This document shows positions 1 through 11,864 of a DNA stretch of 56,117 bases, piece after piece. Source of the stretch: Octopus bimaculoides (Eukaryota); assembly GCF_001194135.2 (NCBI RefSeq), contig NC_068988.1, positions 42,596,974 through 42,653,090 on the forward strand, written 5' to 3'. Numbering within the stretch: the stretch's first letter is position 1; each line of letters opens with the position of its first letter. A model generated the notes under the pieces. The model ran no database searches and had not been told where the DNA came from. It worked only from the letters and a program-made list of their open reading frames with translations. The translations under genes and the position numbers were made by a program.

Positions 1-4
1 GTGT

Positions 5-255
5 TGTGGTGGAGAGGGGTGAGGCAAACAGAGGTGAAGCCAGACCGGAAGGGCCAAACCGGAAGGGTCAGATCGGAAGTCGGCGACACGCGGTCGAAGG
101 CTAGCACGTGGGGCCAGTGAGAAAACAGCGACGTTACGAGAAAGACGTGTTCTGATTAGGAGCGATCGTGTACCCCGCTGCGGTCGGCAAGGTAAGGTCC
201 AACGCTTCATTCTGTCCTTTTGCTTCTTGTTGTCTTCTTCCTCCATCGCACCACA
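5..255. mobile_element. Possible solo LTR
   Basis: Begins TGTGGTG and ends CACCACA (7-bp terminal inverted repeat, TG...CA). GC/CpG-rich with repeated CCGGAAG. No TSD confirmed. Confidence 0.35.
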
Positions 256-504
256 ATAACAATTAACAACACCGGATATTACTATTAGGTATGACTCCTT
301 TGACTAACACTGCCGGTCAACTAGTCATTCTCCCCCACTTATTGTTCCGTTCATCTAATTGAGGAAACGTACGCTCACGTGGAATCCAAAAAGGGCACAA
401 AAATGTAAGTCCAAAGACTTAACGAACTGTTTCCTTTTTTCCTTTTTCTTTTCATTTCCCTTTTCTCCTATCTATATTCTTCCGATAAACTCTAAATCAT
501 TCTG

Positions 505-642
505 TCGATGTTTGTATGTATGTATGTATGTAAGTATGTATGTATGTATGTATGTATGTATGTATGTACGTACGTATATATATATGTATGTAAGTATATA
601 TGGTGGTACTCCAGCATGGCCACAGCCTTTAAGCGTATAAAA

Positions 643-672
<30 letters not shown>
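505..672. repeat. (TATG)n and (TA)n microsatellites
   Basis: Direct reading. Confidence 0.9.
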
Positions 673-673
<1 letters not shown>

Positions 674-717
674 ACGCGGTTCCACCGTGTTTGCGCCTTC
701 TAAATTTACTATTAAAA

Positions 718-812
718 TATTGGTCGGCCCGTTGCTGTGGTAGAAGACACTTGTCCAAAGTACCCGCAGTGAGGCTGAACCGAAACGCTGCAAAGTGAGC
801 TTTTTTACCGCA
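718..812 (-). mobile_element. tRNA-SINE family A fragment
   Basis: TGGTCGGCCC...GTAGAAGACACTTG...CAGTG...CTGAACC is the reverse complement of the family A copies at 12118 and 24134. Confidence 0.55.
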
Positions 813-1460
813 CACCCATACCTACCGCACAGTTTCACAATTTATTCTGTTACAGTTTTTGTGCTTGAGAGCGTTTGTGCTAAAACACCCACTCATAACA
901 TACTATTTCAATTTGTCATGTTTTATTTCATTTTTTTAACATTGAGATCAACTGTTGTATTTCGAACTTTCTCATTCCCTGACACATTAAGCTCCCTCAG
1001 TCCTCGGATTCTCTTCTATTCAATCCTTTCTTGAATGTATAATTAGATACTGTTGCCACCTCCACTTCCGAGGTTATACAAGTAGTGACGTTACAAGTTG
1101 TAAACTTTGGCTGTCTCTCAAACCTCAGTTAAGCTATTTATGTATTTTGCTCTGCACCAACCATTAAGTCTTTTGCAGCTGTTGCAAAACTGCGATCGTT
1201 AATAAATCAGTGCAATAGTACAATGTGTGTGCGTGTGTGTGTGTGTAGACATATAGATATCAAAACAGTTTGATTCAGACTCCTTGATACTCTGAGTTTA
1301 AAGCGTGTAGCTAGTCTTCGGCCATTGGGGCCTGAATGAGTATTCGATTGAAGAGAGTCAATGTTTATTACCGGACATTAGCCTGCGATTGGTCGAGGAA
1401 GGTCACGCGGTATAGCAAACTGATGTTGGTATTTCAGCGACAACATTTATTTGGAAACTG

Positions 1461-1550
1461 CCGCATGGTAAACAGGAAATCAACCGCATAATGAACAGGA
1501 AATCGACCGCGTGGCGAACAGGAAATCGACCGCTTGGTGGACAAGAAATT
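1461..1550 (+). repeat. 23-bp tandem repeat x3.5 (AACAGGAAATCGACCGC core)
   Basis: Units start at 1471, 1494, 1517 and, degenerate, 1540. Confidence 0.85.
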
Positions 1551-1589
1551 GGTTGTATGGTTGGGGGGAACTATGAATGGGCGGTAGAT

Positions 1590-1945
1590 GTGGAGGTATA
1601 TATGTATATATGTAAATTTATATGTCCATATATTTCCGTGTATAATTCTAACTTATACGAGTGTGTATGCGTGCTTAGATGTGCATTCACACATAAGCAC
1701 GTGCGCGCGCTCACACACACGTGCGCACTCATATGCACATACACACACGCACTCATACACACACATGCGTGCACACCTATATCTCTATGTATATATATGC
1801 ACACGAATGACGCACACACACGTGTGCACGTGTACATACATGGACATGCACAGGTGCACATGTATATGGACGCGCACGCGCGCACATGCATCTGTGAATA
1901 TTCAAAAAGTGAGCAGGTGCCTATGTGCACCTGCTCACGCGTGGT
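1590..1945. repeat. CA/TA/CG low-complexity tract
   Basis: Compound dinucleotide runs that produce spurious His/Thr/Cys/Val ORFs. Confidence 0.8.
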
Positions 1946-2149
1946 CAAGCACAAGGGGTGATGTACAAGGGGTCAGAGTATGTGGGTAGACAGGCATGGA
2001 GAAGTGTTGGGGATTGGTCATTTGCGGTGCTGTTCATGGGGGTTAATTTGCGACAGTGACCTTTCTACTGGCGGTGCTTAGAATAGCTGGTACTAAGGAG
2101 GTATAACCGGGATGTCGGCTGCCAGTGACTAGAAATTTACCAGAAGGGT

Positions 2150-2839
2150 GTACCTCTAGTGACAGCAATGCGCTACCTCATATTTCTTGTTGATGGATAC
2201 TGCAGGTTGGTAGATGATATTCAGTTTTTCGCGGAGGCACAGCTGGCAATTAGGGGCGCCGGGTGAATATGGTGGCGCCCTATCTATAATAGTCCACTTG
2301 ATGTTTCGTCTCGAAGGTCACGAAGTCTACAGAGAAAGTGCGACAGGGAAGTGAAGTTCTTTCTGTCCCTGGATCTAAATGAATGCAAGTGTTGGGAATA
2401 TCTTCCCTTGAGGTCATTGCCTGTCATGCCCGTATAGTGCCTAGTAATGTCATCAGATGGCTTAAGAGTGGCTCTGTATACTACTGCCTGTGAGAGTCAG
2501 GATTCTCTTAGAGAGCAGGTGGCAGGGTTTCGGAAGTTGCAGGTTGGGATTGGGATTGCGGTTGTGTGGGTGCGTTTTTACATCTGTTGATGTGTGCGAT
2601 GTTAGATGCGATGCTGTTTAAGCAGGAGTAGCATACCTTGACATTATGAGGGTTGAAGAGTTTGTAATGTTTATGTCCTTTAGAGAAATATTTCTTTACT
2701 AACGATAGGAAGCCTCTGGATACGTTGGTAGAAACTTCTAGGTTAAATGGGGGATTATACCTGATTATTTTCCTTTTTCTAATTCTCTTGGGATGAGGAG
2801 AAGTTGTTTGGGGTTCGTCCACATACGTGAGGTTTTCAG

Positions 2840-2845
<6 letters not shown>
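2150..2845 (-). mobile_element. Penelope-like element relic (post-RT linker plus GIY-YIG endonuclease)
   Basis: IIRYNPPFNLEVSTNVSRGFL...KLFNPHNVKVCYSC, then after a frame change CNFRNPATCSL..*..VVYRAT...HYTGMTGNDLKGRYSQH...WTIIDRA...LCLREK. Stops and frameshifts present. Confidence 0.85.
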
Positions 2846-2887
<42 letters not shown>

Positions 2888-2949
2888 TCTCTCTCACTCT
2901 ATATATATAAGGCAAATTAGAATATATATACATACATACATACATACAT

Positions 2950-2997
<48 letters not shown>
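2845..2997. repeat. (TC)n/(TACA)n/(TA)n compound microsatellite
   Basis: Direct reading; abuts the Penelope relic. Confidence 0.9.
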
Positions 2998-2999
<2 letters not shown>

Positions 3000-3065
3000 G
3001 AGAGGCAGATATTCTCCGTATAGAATACACTTCGTAGTGCTCAAGAAATCTAAGCTTGAGCAGGT

Positions 3066-3494
3066 AGCGGAGTAAATGTAACGATAAGCAAGTTAGTCAA
3101 GTCGATATATAAAAAATATTAAATATATTTAATACAAAAAATATACACATAAAAAGGTCCGACTTACACAAAATAGAAATGATATCAGGAATTAAAGGGG
3201 TTGAGTAAGAGTTTTACGAGTCCAACAGGTGCTTCTGGGGGCTTGGTGGTCCAAAATAATGACTGTAAATTCATTCCATCATTGGATAATACCAGCCTCC
3301 TTCTTCAGGGAAGAATTTTACATTTCAGGTATTGACAGAAAGGAGATTAAGACGGAATGACTTTGTGGAGAACTAAGTGTATTAGAGTCGGACCTTTTTA
3401 TATGTAAACATATGTACATTTTCTGTATTAAATGTATTCAATATTCTTTGTATATCGACTTGACTAACTTGCTTATCCTTACATTTACTCCTAT
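3066..3494. repeat. Inverted repeat pair, about 100-bp arms (3066-3165 / 3385-3494)
   Basis: GGAGTAAATGTAA(C/G)GATAAGCAAGTTAGTCAAGTCGATATA...AAAAAGGTCCGACT occurs on both strands around a spacer of about 220 bp. Confidence 0.85.
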
Positions 3495-3510
3495 ACGTCC
3501 ATCCATACAT

Positions 3511-4335
3511 TTGGCAACATAATGTGGCAGTCCCAGTTGGGACGAATGTTACTGTTATTTAGTCCCAGGAAACATCGTCTCCAGCTAGCTATACGACACA
3601 CAATCTGTGTCCTTATATTTTCGAACAGGGAAGTTTAGTACCCCCACCCAGCACAGCAATATCTGAGAATTATATATATTTTCGAACGGGGATTTAGCTG
3701 TGCCATCTCAGTCGGGCAGTTATTCTGTGCCGAGGAAGAGAAATAACCCAGAAACCGCGTTCCACAGATATTTCTCTGTGCTGAATGGGGGTGCTAAACT
3801 CGCCTGTTCGAAAATATAAAGACACAGATTGTATGTCATATAGCAGCTGGAGACGATGTTTCTTGGGGCTAAATAACAGTAACATTCGTCCCAACCGGGA
3901 CTGCCACATAATGTTGGCAAATAATCTTTACTTTAGATTGTTGTTATTGAATGTCTCTCGTTGAGAGATTTAGAAATAATAATTTTTCTATTTATTAGAT
4001 CAGTAACTGTGTGTCACTTTGAAAATTATATATATATTTGAACGGGATTTAGCAGCGCCAACTTAGTCGAGCAGTTATTCTGTGCTGAGGAAGAGAAATA
4101 ACTCAGAAACCGTCGTTCACAGATATTTCTCTGTGCTGAATGGAGGTGCTAAACTTACTTGTTCAAAAATATAAGGGCACAGATTATGTGTCATATAGCC
4201 AGCTAGAGATGATGTTTCCTGGAGCTAAATGACAGTAACATTCTTCCCAAACGGGAGTGCTACATTATGTGGGCAAGTAATCTTTACTTTAGAGTACTGT
4301 TACTGAATGTTTCTCGTTGAGAGATTTAAAAATAA
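3511..4335. repeat. About 355-bp tandem duplication (3666-4023, 4023-4335) preceded by an inverted partial copy (3511-3665)
   Basis: GAACGGG(G)ATTTAGC...GAGGAAGAGAAATAAC...AATAATCTTTACTTTAGA occurs twice. 3511-3665 is the reverse complement of about 3763-3921. Confidence 0.85.
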
Positions 4336-4460
4336 CACACATATATATATATATACAAACACACATAAATATGTATATATGTATGTATGTATGCATGTAG
4401 ATCTATATATGTGTGTGTGTAATGTATATATGTATATATATGATTACACACACACTCATN

Positions 4461-4940
4461 NNNNNNNNNNNNNNNNNNNNNNNNNNNNNNNNNNNNNNNN
4501 NNNNNNNNNNNNNNNNNNNNNNNNNNNNNNNNNNNNNNNNNNNNNNNNNNNNNNNNNNNNNNNNNNNNNNNNNNNNNNNNNNNNNNNNNNNNNNNNNNNN
4601 NNNNNNNNNNNNNNNNNNNNNNNNNNNNNNNNNNNNNNNNNNNNNNNNNNNNNNNNNNNNNNNNNNNNNNNNNNNNNNNNNNNNNNNNNNNNNNNNNNNN
4701 NNNNNNNNNNNNNNNNNNNNNNNNNNNNNNNNNNNNNNNNNNNNNNNNNNNNNNNNNNNNNNNNNNNNNNNNNNNNNNNNNNNNNNNNNNNNNNNNNNNN
4801 NNNNNNNNNNNNNNNNNNNNNNNNNNNNNNNNNNNNNNNNNNNNNNNNNNNNNNNNNNNNNNNNNNNNNNNNNNNNNNNNNNNNNNNNNNNNNNNNNNNN
4901 NNNNNNNNNNNNNNNNNNNNNNNNNNNNNNNNNNNNNNNN
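4461..4940. other. Assembly gap
   Basis: N run. Other large gaps at 6576-6835, 12325-12902, 17904-18003 (100 N), 32909-33161, 38711-39482 and 54698-55449, plus several small ones. Confidence 1.
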
Positions 4941-5674
4941 TATATATATTATATATTATATATATATTGAACAGAGGCGTGGCCAGGTTCTAAAGTTAAG
5001 GGGAGCGAGTACATAAAAATAGAAGCTGTGACACATACGAAACATATCTTTTGTAATACGTAAAATATTTCATGAGTTATATATGATATACGTAACTGTA
5101 TTCTGCATTCATTAATTTCATCTGTCAGTAACAATGTCGTTATTTATAAAACTTACACTGCTGACATAGATGTGACGTCAGGGTTTGTTTGGGTTCTTCA
5201 GATGTCAGCGGCCACCAATACATCGCAGGAGATTGAGCAGACAGTTAAAAAATGCGGAAGGTCGGGCAAATAAAGTAATGACTCCAGAAAGTACATTATA
5301 TAATATATACATTCCCCATATTTGTCCATCACCAGAATAACTTGAGGCTTATGGAAGGAAAGATTTATATTACTCAGAACACGTAAAACAAGGACTTCAC
5401 AAAATGTCTGAAAACAAGCATGAACGTTTAGGGCAAACTTACGAAAATGCTTTGCACAGACAAATGGTTAAACGTCAGGAATTAAGTTTATAACGACGGA
5501 TTTGAAGTCCTGTTGGAAAGTGTGATAAAGAGAAATGAATGCATGTATGGGCCTGTTTTTTAAGTTACCAAAATAGTGTGTTGCGTTAAATATTAAGAGA
5601 ATTGACCTAATGTTAATAATAGCATAAGAGTTAGATACTTAAGAATTAATAATATTTCTGTATATTATATCATA

Positions 5675-5712
5675 CTAGCAGAGATAGCCGGCGTTGCTCA
5701 GGATTAAAATGG
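5675..5712 (+). mobile_element. Helitron/Helentron-type non-autonomous element terminus
   Basis: ACTAGCAGAGATAGCCGGCGTTGCTCAGG resembles the ACTAG...CCCGGCGTTGCCCGGG hairpin end of HINE/Helitron-type elements (recalled consensus). Confidence 0.45.
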
Positions 5713-5789
5713 CATAGCTTTTTATTGTTTTACTTGTTTCAGTCATTTGATTGCGGCCATACTGGAGCACCGCCTTCAGTCGAACAGAA

Positions 5790-5955
5790 AGAGAGAGGAA
5801 GAGAAAGAGAGAAGGAGAGAAAGAAAGAAAGAAAGAAAGAAAGCAGGGAGGAGAAAGAAACAAAGAGGGAGAAAGAAAGAAACAAAGAAAGAAAGGAAGA
5901 AAGAAAGGAAGGAAGGAAGGAAGGAAGGAAGGAACGAGGAAAGAAAGAAAGAACA
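5790..5955. repeat. (GAAA)n/(GGAA)n purine microsatellite
   Basis: Direct reading; source of the K/E/R-rich and F/S/L-rich pseudo-ORFs. Confidence 0.9.
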
Positions 5956-6145
5956 TGAAATTTTCTGCAAATACCATTTAGATCAAGGGTGGGGAAACTT
6001 TTTAGCGCGGCGAGTAAAAATTTCCAGAGAAAAAGGTCTGCGGGCGGACACAAGTTCTGACTCTTGTATCTGTGTAAATCTTGTATATATCTATGAATAA
6101 TTCGACATACATTAATAAAAGTAAGTTTAACGCATTAGATTAACG

Positions 6146-6575
6146 TGTAGTGACGTCATTTGGCGCCTAAATACAGTCGCCATTACTGCGTTTTCATCCA
6201 CGCATGCGTAGGGACTAGTTCCGGAAGGAACACAGGAAGAGTCCCATGTGCATGCGTAGTTCGACTCTCTCAACATTTTTCCCGCGTTTTATCTTCCTCT
6301 TGCGTCGACAACTTCGTGAGCGAAGGACGTTTTTTTGTATCGCTCTCTTCGAGACCCAACACACTCGTGACGGGGACAGCGGACAAGTGATGAAACGACC
6401 AACAGCCGAATAACCAATGCTGTATGAATATACCGACAAGAACTGCCGAATATCCATGCTGTTTGAATAACTACATAAATAAATATTGTTATGTTTCTGG
6501 TTTAGAGACTGCGTTATCCGTTCTTAAATTTTTCCTTAAAGTTTGATGTGAGGAATTAGGTATTTAACCTAAAGG
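6146..6575 (+). repeat. 5' LTR (3' end runs into the gap)
   Basis: Roughly 8 differences by eye over about 430 bp versus the 3' LTR. Confidence 0.92.
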
Positions 6576-6836
6576 NNNNNNNNNNNNNNNNNNNNNNNNN
6601 NNNNNNNNNNNNNNNNNNNNNNNNNNNNNNNNNNNNNNNNNNNNNNNNNNNNNNNNNNNNNNNNNNNNNNNNNNNNNNNNNNNNNNNNNNNNNNNNNNNN
6701 NNNNNNNNNNNNNNNNNNNNNNNNNNNNNNNNNNNNNNNNNNNNNNNNNNNNNNNNNNNNNNNNNNNNNNNNNNNNNNNNNNNNNNNNNNNNNNNNNNNN
6801 NNNNNNNNNNNNNNNNNNNNNNNNNNNNNNNNNNAA

Positions 6837-7863
6837 CATCAGGATTGCCTCTACATTCTCATCATTTGGTTGGACCTTTACCAGTGTGTCGCGGGTTCTC
6901 ATACCTGTTAACTTGTGTTGACCGTTTCTCACGTTGGCCAGAAGCCATTCCTATAGCAGATATTACTTCTGAGACTGTTGCCCAGGCTTTCGTTTCTGGG
7001 TGGGTTTCTAGGTTCAGAGTACCGGTCAGTTTGATCACAGATCGTGGCCGGCAATTTGAGGCCGCGCTCTTTCGTGACCTATCACGAATCTTGGGGGTGC
7101 ATCGTATACGCACCACCAGCTACCATCCGCTTCTAATGGGATGGTTGAGCGTTTTCATAGACAACTTAAGGCCGCCTTACGCGCCTCGCCCAACCCGCAG
7201 TCTTGGGTTGGAATTCTTCCGGTTGGCCTCCTTGGATGCCGGACTGCGGTCAAAGCTGACCTGGGTTACTCCTCGGCAGAACTTCTTTACGGCACCACGT
7301 TGACGTTGCCTGGTACGATGGTGGTACCAGACTCATCACAACCACCACACCCAGAGTCCTATGTCACTCGGTTGCGAGAGTATTTCTCCAATCTTCCATC
7401 TATGGGCCCCAGACAACAGTCACCTCCCTCTAAAGTGCCAGCAGACATTGAGTCTTGGTCTCATGTATTCATTAGGGATGATTCTGTCAAAGGACCCCTT
7501 GTTTCTCCCTACAAAGGACCCTATCGTGTGCTTTCTCGTACTCCAAAGTTTTTCAAGGTCGACGCTAATGGTCGTACAGAAATTGTGTCTGTCGACCGTC
7601 TGAAAAAAGCGTACCTTGACAAACCCTCAACTCCCGTGGACGACGTGCCCGTTTTTCAAATGCCGCACACACCACNNNNNNNNNNNCACACATTGTCAAC
7701 GCCTTTACCAATGCATACACCAACATCAGCACCATCACAACCACACACACCAGCAATTACACCACCTTCGTCGTTGAAAAGGAACTCAAGTGAACCTTAT
7801 GTCACTAGGTTTTGCAGGACAGTGCGTTGGCGCAAGAAATTGGCAAAGACTATTTACATTTGA
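6837..7863 (+). pseudogene. Gypsy integrase (rve core plus GPY/F module), frameshifted
   Basis: YLLTCVDRFSRWPEA...ITDRGRQFE...TTSYHP / NGMVERFHRQLKAAL...SPYKGPYRVL...VSVDRLK. Single-base frameshift near 7130. Resembles CsRn1/Kabuki-type integrases from memory. Confidence 0.92.
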
Positions 7864-8296
7864 CTTATTGTGTTTCAGTGGACAATTTCAGAGTTTTTCT
7901 TATTGAACATTTTTCTTCCTTTCAGAAAAAAAAAGAAAACAAACAATCAGACTTTTCAGACTTTTACATTCCGTGATTTCAGTTCCTGGACAGTGGTCAT
8001 CACGGTTGTTTTATCATTGTCTCATTTGTTTTTCACTAGGTGGCATTTACTGCCCATTTTACTTGCATGTTTTTTTTTCATCCATTATTTTGTACATTGC
8101 ATGCAATGTTTCTGAAAGGAAAGAAAATGTATGAGTGCACAAGTGTGTGTGTGAGAGAAACACAGAACATAGTAAAAGTGTCTGTAGAGAAAAAATCCAG
8201 TTCGTATGAGAGTTACACAAGAAGATTTAGAATGTTAATACGCATGCCACTCCAATTGTTTTCATTTTCGTGCTTCCGCACTCGAGGGGGAGCCAT

Positions 8297-8768
8297 TGTA
8301 GTGACGTCATTTGGCGCCTAAATACAGTCGCCATTACTGCATTTTCATCCACGCATGCGCAGGTACTAGTTCCGGAAGGAACACAGGAAGAGTCCCATGT
8401 GCATGCGTAGTTCGACTCTCTCAACATTTTTCCCACGTTTTATCTTCCTCTTGCGTCGACAACTTCGTGAGCGAAGGACGTGTTTTGTATCGCTCTCTTC
8501 GAGACCCAACACACTTGTGACGGGGACAGCGGACAAGTGATGAAACGACCAACAGCCGAATAACCAATGCTGTATGAATATACCGACAAGAACTGCCGAA
8601 TATCCATGCTGTTTGAATAACTACATAAATAAATATTGTTATGTTTCTGGTTTAGAGACTGCGTTATTCGTTCTTAAATTTTTCCTTAAAGTTTGATGTG
8701 AGGAATTAGGTATTTAACTTAAAGGTTGAATAAAGAAAGATATTTCTTACAAACACGTAACATTTTCA
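8297..8768 (+). repeat. 3' LTR
   Basis: Follows the PPT, has AATAAA near 8729, and ends ...CGTAACA (8762) or ...TTTTCA (8768). Confidence 0.9.
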
Positions 8769-8949
8769 TTAACGCTGCCACTGAATTTGGGACGTTTATA
8801 TTACTTATGAGGTATTCTATATTTTTCAAAATGTTCCTATCCTAATGCTGGAGAAATCATAACAAACAAGCACTGACCGAACTTCATTTTGAAAAAAAAA
8901 TTACATTAATACCTAAATAACATTATATGTAAATGGCATATTTAAACAA

Positions 8950-9650
8950 TCCTAGTGGTAATTTTATCAAAGCTAATTAACCTTAACTTTGAAATTTGGT
9001 TTTGTTTAGTGAGAAGGACGAAACTGCTTGTTTTAAAAAAAACAAAAAACAAATTAGGAATATCACATGCCTTTGAAGAAACTGCTATTCTTAGTTCATT
9101 GCTCAGATTTTCGTCAGTAAGTCTGGTACGAATGCGATTTTTGCATAATTCAATTTGGAAAAAAACTGAGAAGCAAATTCAAGGCATTTTTATGTAAAGC
9201 AGTGAATTTCTCGGGATTGATGGATTTGTAGAAGTCCAATAAAGACATATTATTATATTTCGATTTTATTAAGCTATCCGACTGCAAATCAATTAGTTCT
9301 AATTGTAAGGAATCCGGAGCCTCCCCAGGACACATATCAAAAGATGTTTCAAAAACACGTAGTTTGATTTCAAGGCAAGAAATTCTTCCCGAATGTTGAA
9401 TTTTGCAGTTATTCCACGTATTGGAATAACTGCCATCTGAGCAGTATTAGACAGATCAGTTGTCTCATCAATAGCTAAGGAGTACAATACGAATTCTGCT
9501 GGATCAGATTTTAGAGAATTTTGAATGTCATCAGCGATACTTTTAATTCGATCAGAAACAGTTCTTCTTGATAAGCTAATATTTCCAAACAAAGTTTTTC
9601 TGTATATATATTATCAATAGCAGTAAGGATACATTCTTTCACGAATTCAT
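8950..9650 (-). pseudogene. hAT transposase remnants (GTF2IRD2/SPIN-like)
   Basis: ISLSRRTVSDRI...YSLAIDETTDLSNTAQMAV..IRG...NIREEFLAL and LQLELIDLQSD...LLDFYKSI. Internally deleted. Confidence 0.88.
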
Positions 9651-10599
9651 CATCGCTATATGGTTTGAATATTTTAGCAATATTTTCGCATACTGCATAA
9701 CTTAGCTACTTTACAGAGAACATTGAGACACAAACAGAGAGAGAACAGACACTGGTCCGAGCCGATAGCTAAACAATGACGACGACAGCAACACCAGCTA
9801 CCTACACTTTGACTGCTACTACAATCACACCAAGAACAATAACATTGAAATTCTCTCGATGTTTTGTCATTTGTAGTAACATTTTTCTTTGTTTACGAAA
9901 AGAGTAAATATCTTAATGTATTGCTTAAGGCTACTTTAATGTGGTTATCCTCTAAGAGACGACGATTCTACCATTTAACACTAAGAAGACATCACCAGCT
10001 GGTTTACTCAGTGCACTTCTGGCACCCGATGTTTATTGCAAGCAGGAGATAACTCCGTCCACCCTGGCTTCAAACCACCAGATCATGTGCAGGAAAGGAA
10101 AATCCGAATGTTCTCTGCTTCAATTTTCGCTTACATTTGATTGTCGTTCGCATGATTAGTGACGCAATTTTCGTTTTTACTTCTCTTTCGCAACCATCGG
10201 AGCGCAAAGCGCTCCTCACAAATGCAAATTTGTGAGATGATTGTGATCTATAAGCAGTTTTGAGTAGGAACTGGAAAGAGAAGTATGAACACGCAATGCG
10301 CATGTGCACAATGAATTCGTAAAATGGAAAAGAAGAATAAAAATGCAATGCGCATGTCAAAATAAAACGGAAGAGAACAAAACGCAATGCGCATGTCCAA
10401 AAATTCAAAGAAGCAGAAAAACGAAAAAATTGTTTGCACAGCTTAAATAATTTAAATATACTAAGATTGTGATTTTCTCTTAATTATCGTACTATTCACA
10501 GTACGTATATATACTACAGGATATTGAATATATAAATTTATATCTGTCGTAAAGTTACAAGTATATCCCATTATATTGTGCATATATTCCACCATTCAT

Positions 10600-11130
10600 A
10601 GTTTGGAGTTGTGAAGGTCGAATTTATTGAAGTTATTCCCCTTGTAGATAACACCATGTTTCTATATCCGCTAATGCAGAGGAAAAAAATTCTTGACACC
10701 GCTTTGCTGCAATTTTTTCTTGTTTTGTTTTGTTTTGTAGCTTGTGGACCGAAGTTGTTTGATGAATACAAAAGAAAACATTTGAAACGTTTCTTGGAAT
10801 GACGATGGTCATGGTATCTAGAAACTGTTACCGCTATACTTACCAATCATGAACACATAGCGCGAGTGCATCGGGATGCGGAAAACGAGATTCCAGATAC
10901 AAACATCAGAATCGAAGCAACTATTATTTTCAAACAGATTACTAGCTTAAAATTTATCTTTATTTATCTACTTGAAGATATTCTTGATGTACCAAATAAA
11001 TTGTTACAGCATGAGGACTGTGATTTATCCGAAAGGGTCTGTACCGTGCTAAATATTTTGAAAGAAATGAGAATTAATGAGGGAAAATTTCAGAGCATCA
11101 TCTCTTTTGGAATTTCATATGGAAGACAAT
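10600..11130 (+). pseudogene. hAT transposase remnant (ZMYM1-like family)
   Basis: LKRFLE*RWSWYLETVTAILTNHEHI and FIFIYLLEDILDVPNKLLQHEDCDL...LNILKEMR resemble the TRW...LQ..D.D segments of ZMYM1-type hAT transposases. Confidence 0.7.
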
Positions 11131-11864
11131 AGTTCTATTCTTCAACGCACGCATGGAGTTTCAGAGAATACTGCTCAATCGTCAGTATTAATGTCAATTC
11201 TAGCTCATGGAAATTCTGTCAACAGAAAGTACTTTTTAATTATATTTACAGTAGTATTTGCAAAAGCTGCATTGGAGAACTCTAAAGTAGTTCCAATTAA
11301 TGCAACACAAAAATATTTGCAGCTATAAAGGTTTTATCTCCTGAATCAGAAATGTTTTTAGAAGTCTCAAAATTATCTCCTATTTATGAAATTCGTGAGC
11401 ATAAACTGCTTGAATAGCTCAATTTACAGAGGCCAAACATTAGATTTTAGAAAACACTACTTCAAAGAAGTTGTTAGTTATCCGAATCAGAGATGAATCG
11501 CACTGCCAGTCCGTGGCTTATATACATACAGTGTGAAAACTATGTGCTCTTATGCTTGCATAAAGCATACGTAAGAATAAACTCAAATATGGTCTAGGTA
11601 CGTGGTGTTGATAAGTCACAAACACGGCGAAACATCAATGTCCCTCATTTCTGAATGGGGCTTGGAGTAAGTTGTCTTCCCTGTCCATGAATTTCAGGTG
11701 TTTTAACACCTGGTACTTTGAGAGAGTAATTTCCACCACGAAAAGGTATTGAAAATCTGTGATCCTTTTGGTACTATGTAGTGGTGTCTAGTTTGAGGGT
11801 TAGAATACCTTTCATTCTCAAAATTTGGCGCTAGATAACGCACTCACACACATATATATATATC

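Larger units (their letters stand above)
6146..8768 (+). mobile_element. Ty3/Gypsy LTR retrotransposon (gag/RT region in the gap or deleted)
   Basis: Near-identical LTRs start TGTAGTGACGTC at 6146 and 8297. PPT GAGGGGGAG at 8284-8292. Integrase lies between them. TTAACG occurs at 6140-6145 and 8769-8774. Confidence 0.93.
5984..9700 (-). mobile_element. hAT DNA transposon (Charlie/SPIN-like), interrupted by an LTR element
   Basis: Terminus CAAGGGTGGGGAAACTTTTT...GCGGGCGG at 5984, preceded by ATTTAGAT (hAT-type target). Transposase remnants at 8950-9650. Opposite TIR not found. Confidence 0.65.

Noticed and set aside
1461-4335. CRISPR-like array or prokaryotic system
   Set aside because: The repeats lack unique equal-length spacers, no cas or operon structure is present, and the context is a spliced eukaryotic locus.
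6159-6168. TTTGGCGCC as a primer-binding site
   Set aside because: It lies inside both LTRs near their 5' end. The real PBS position falls in the gap.
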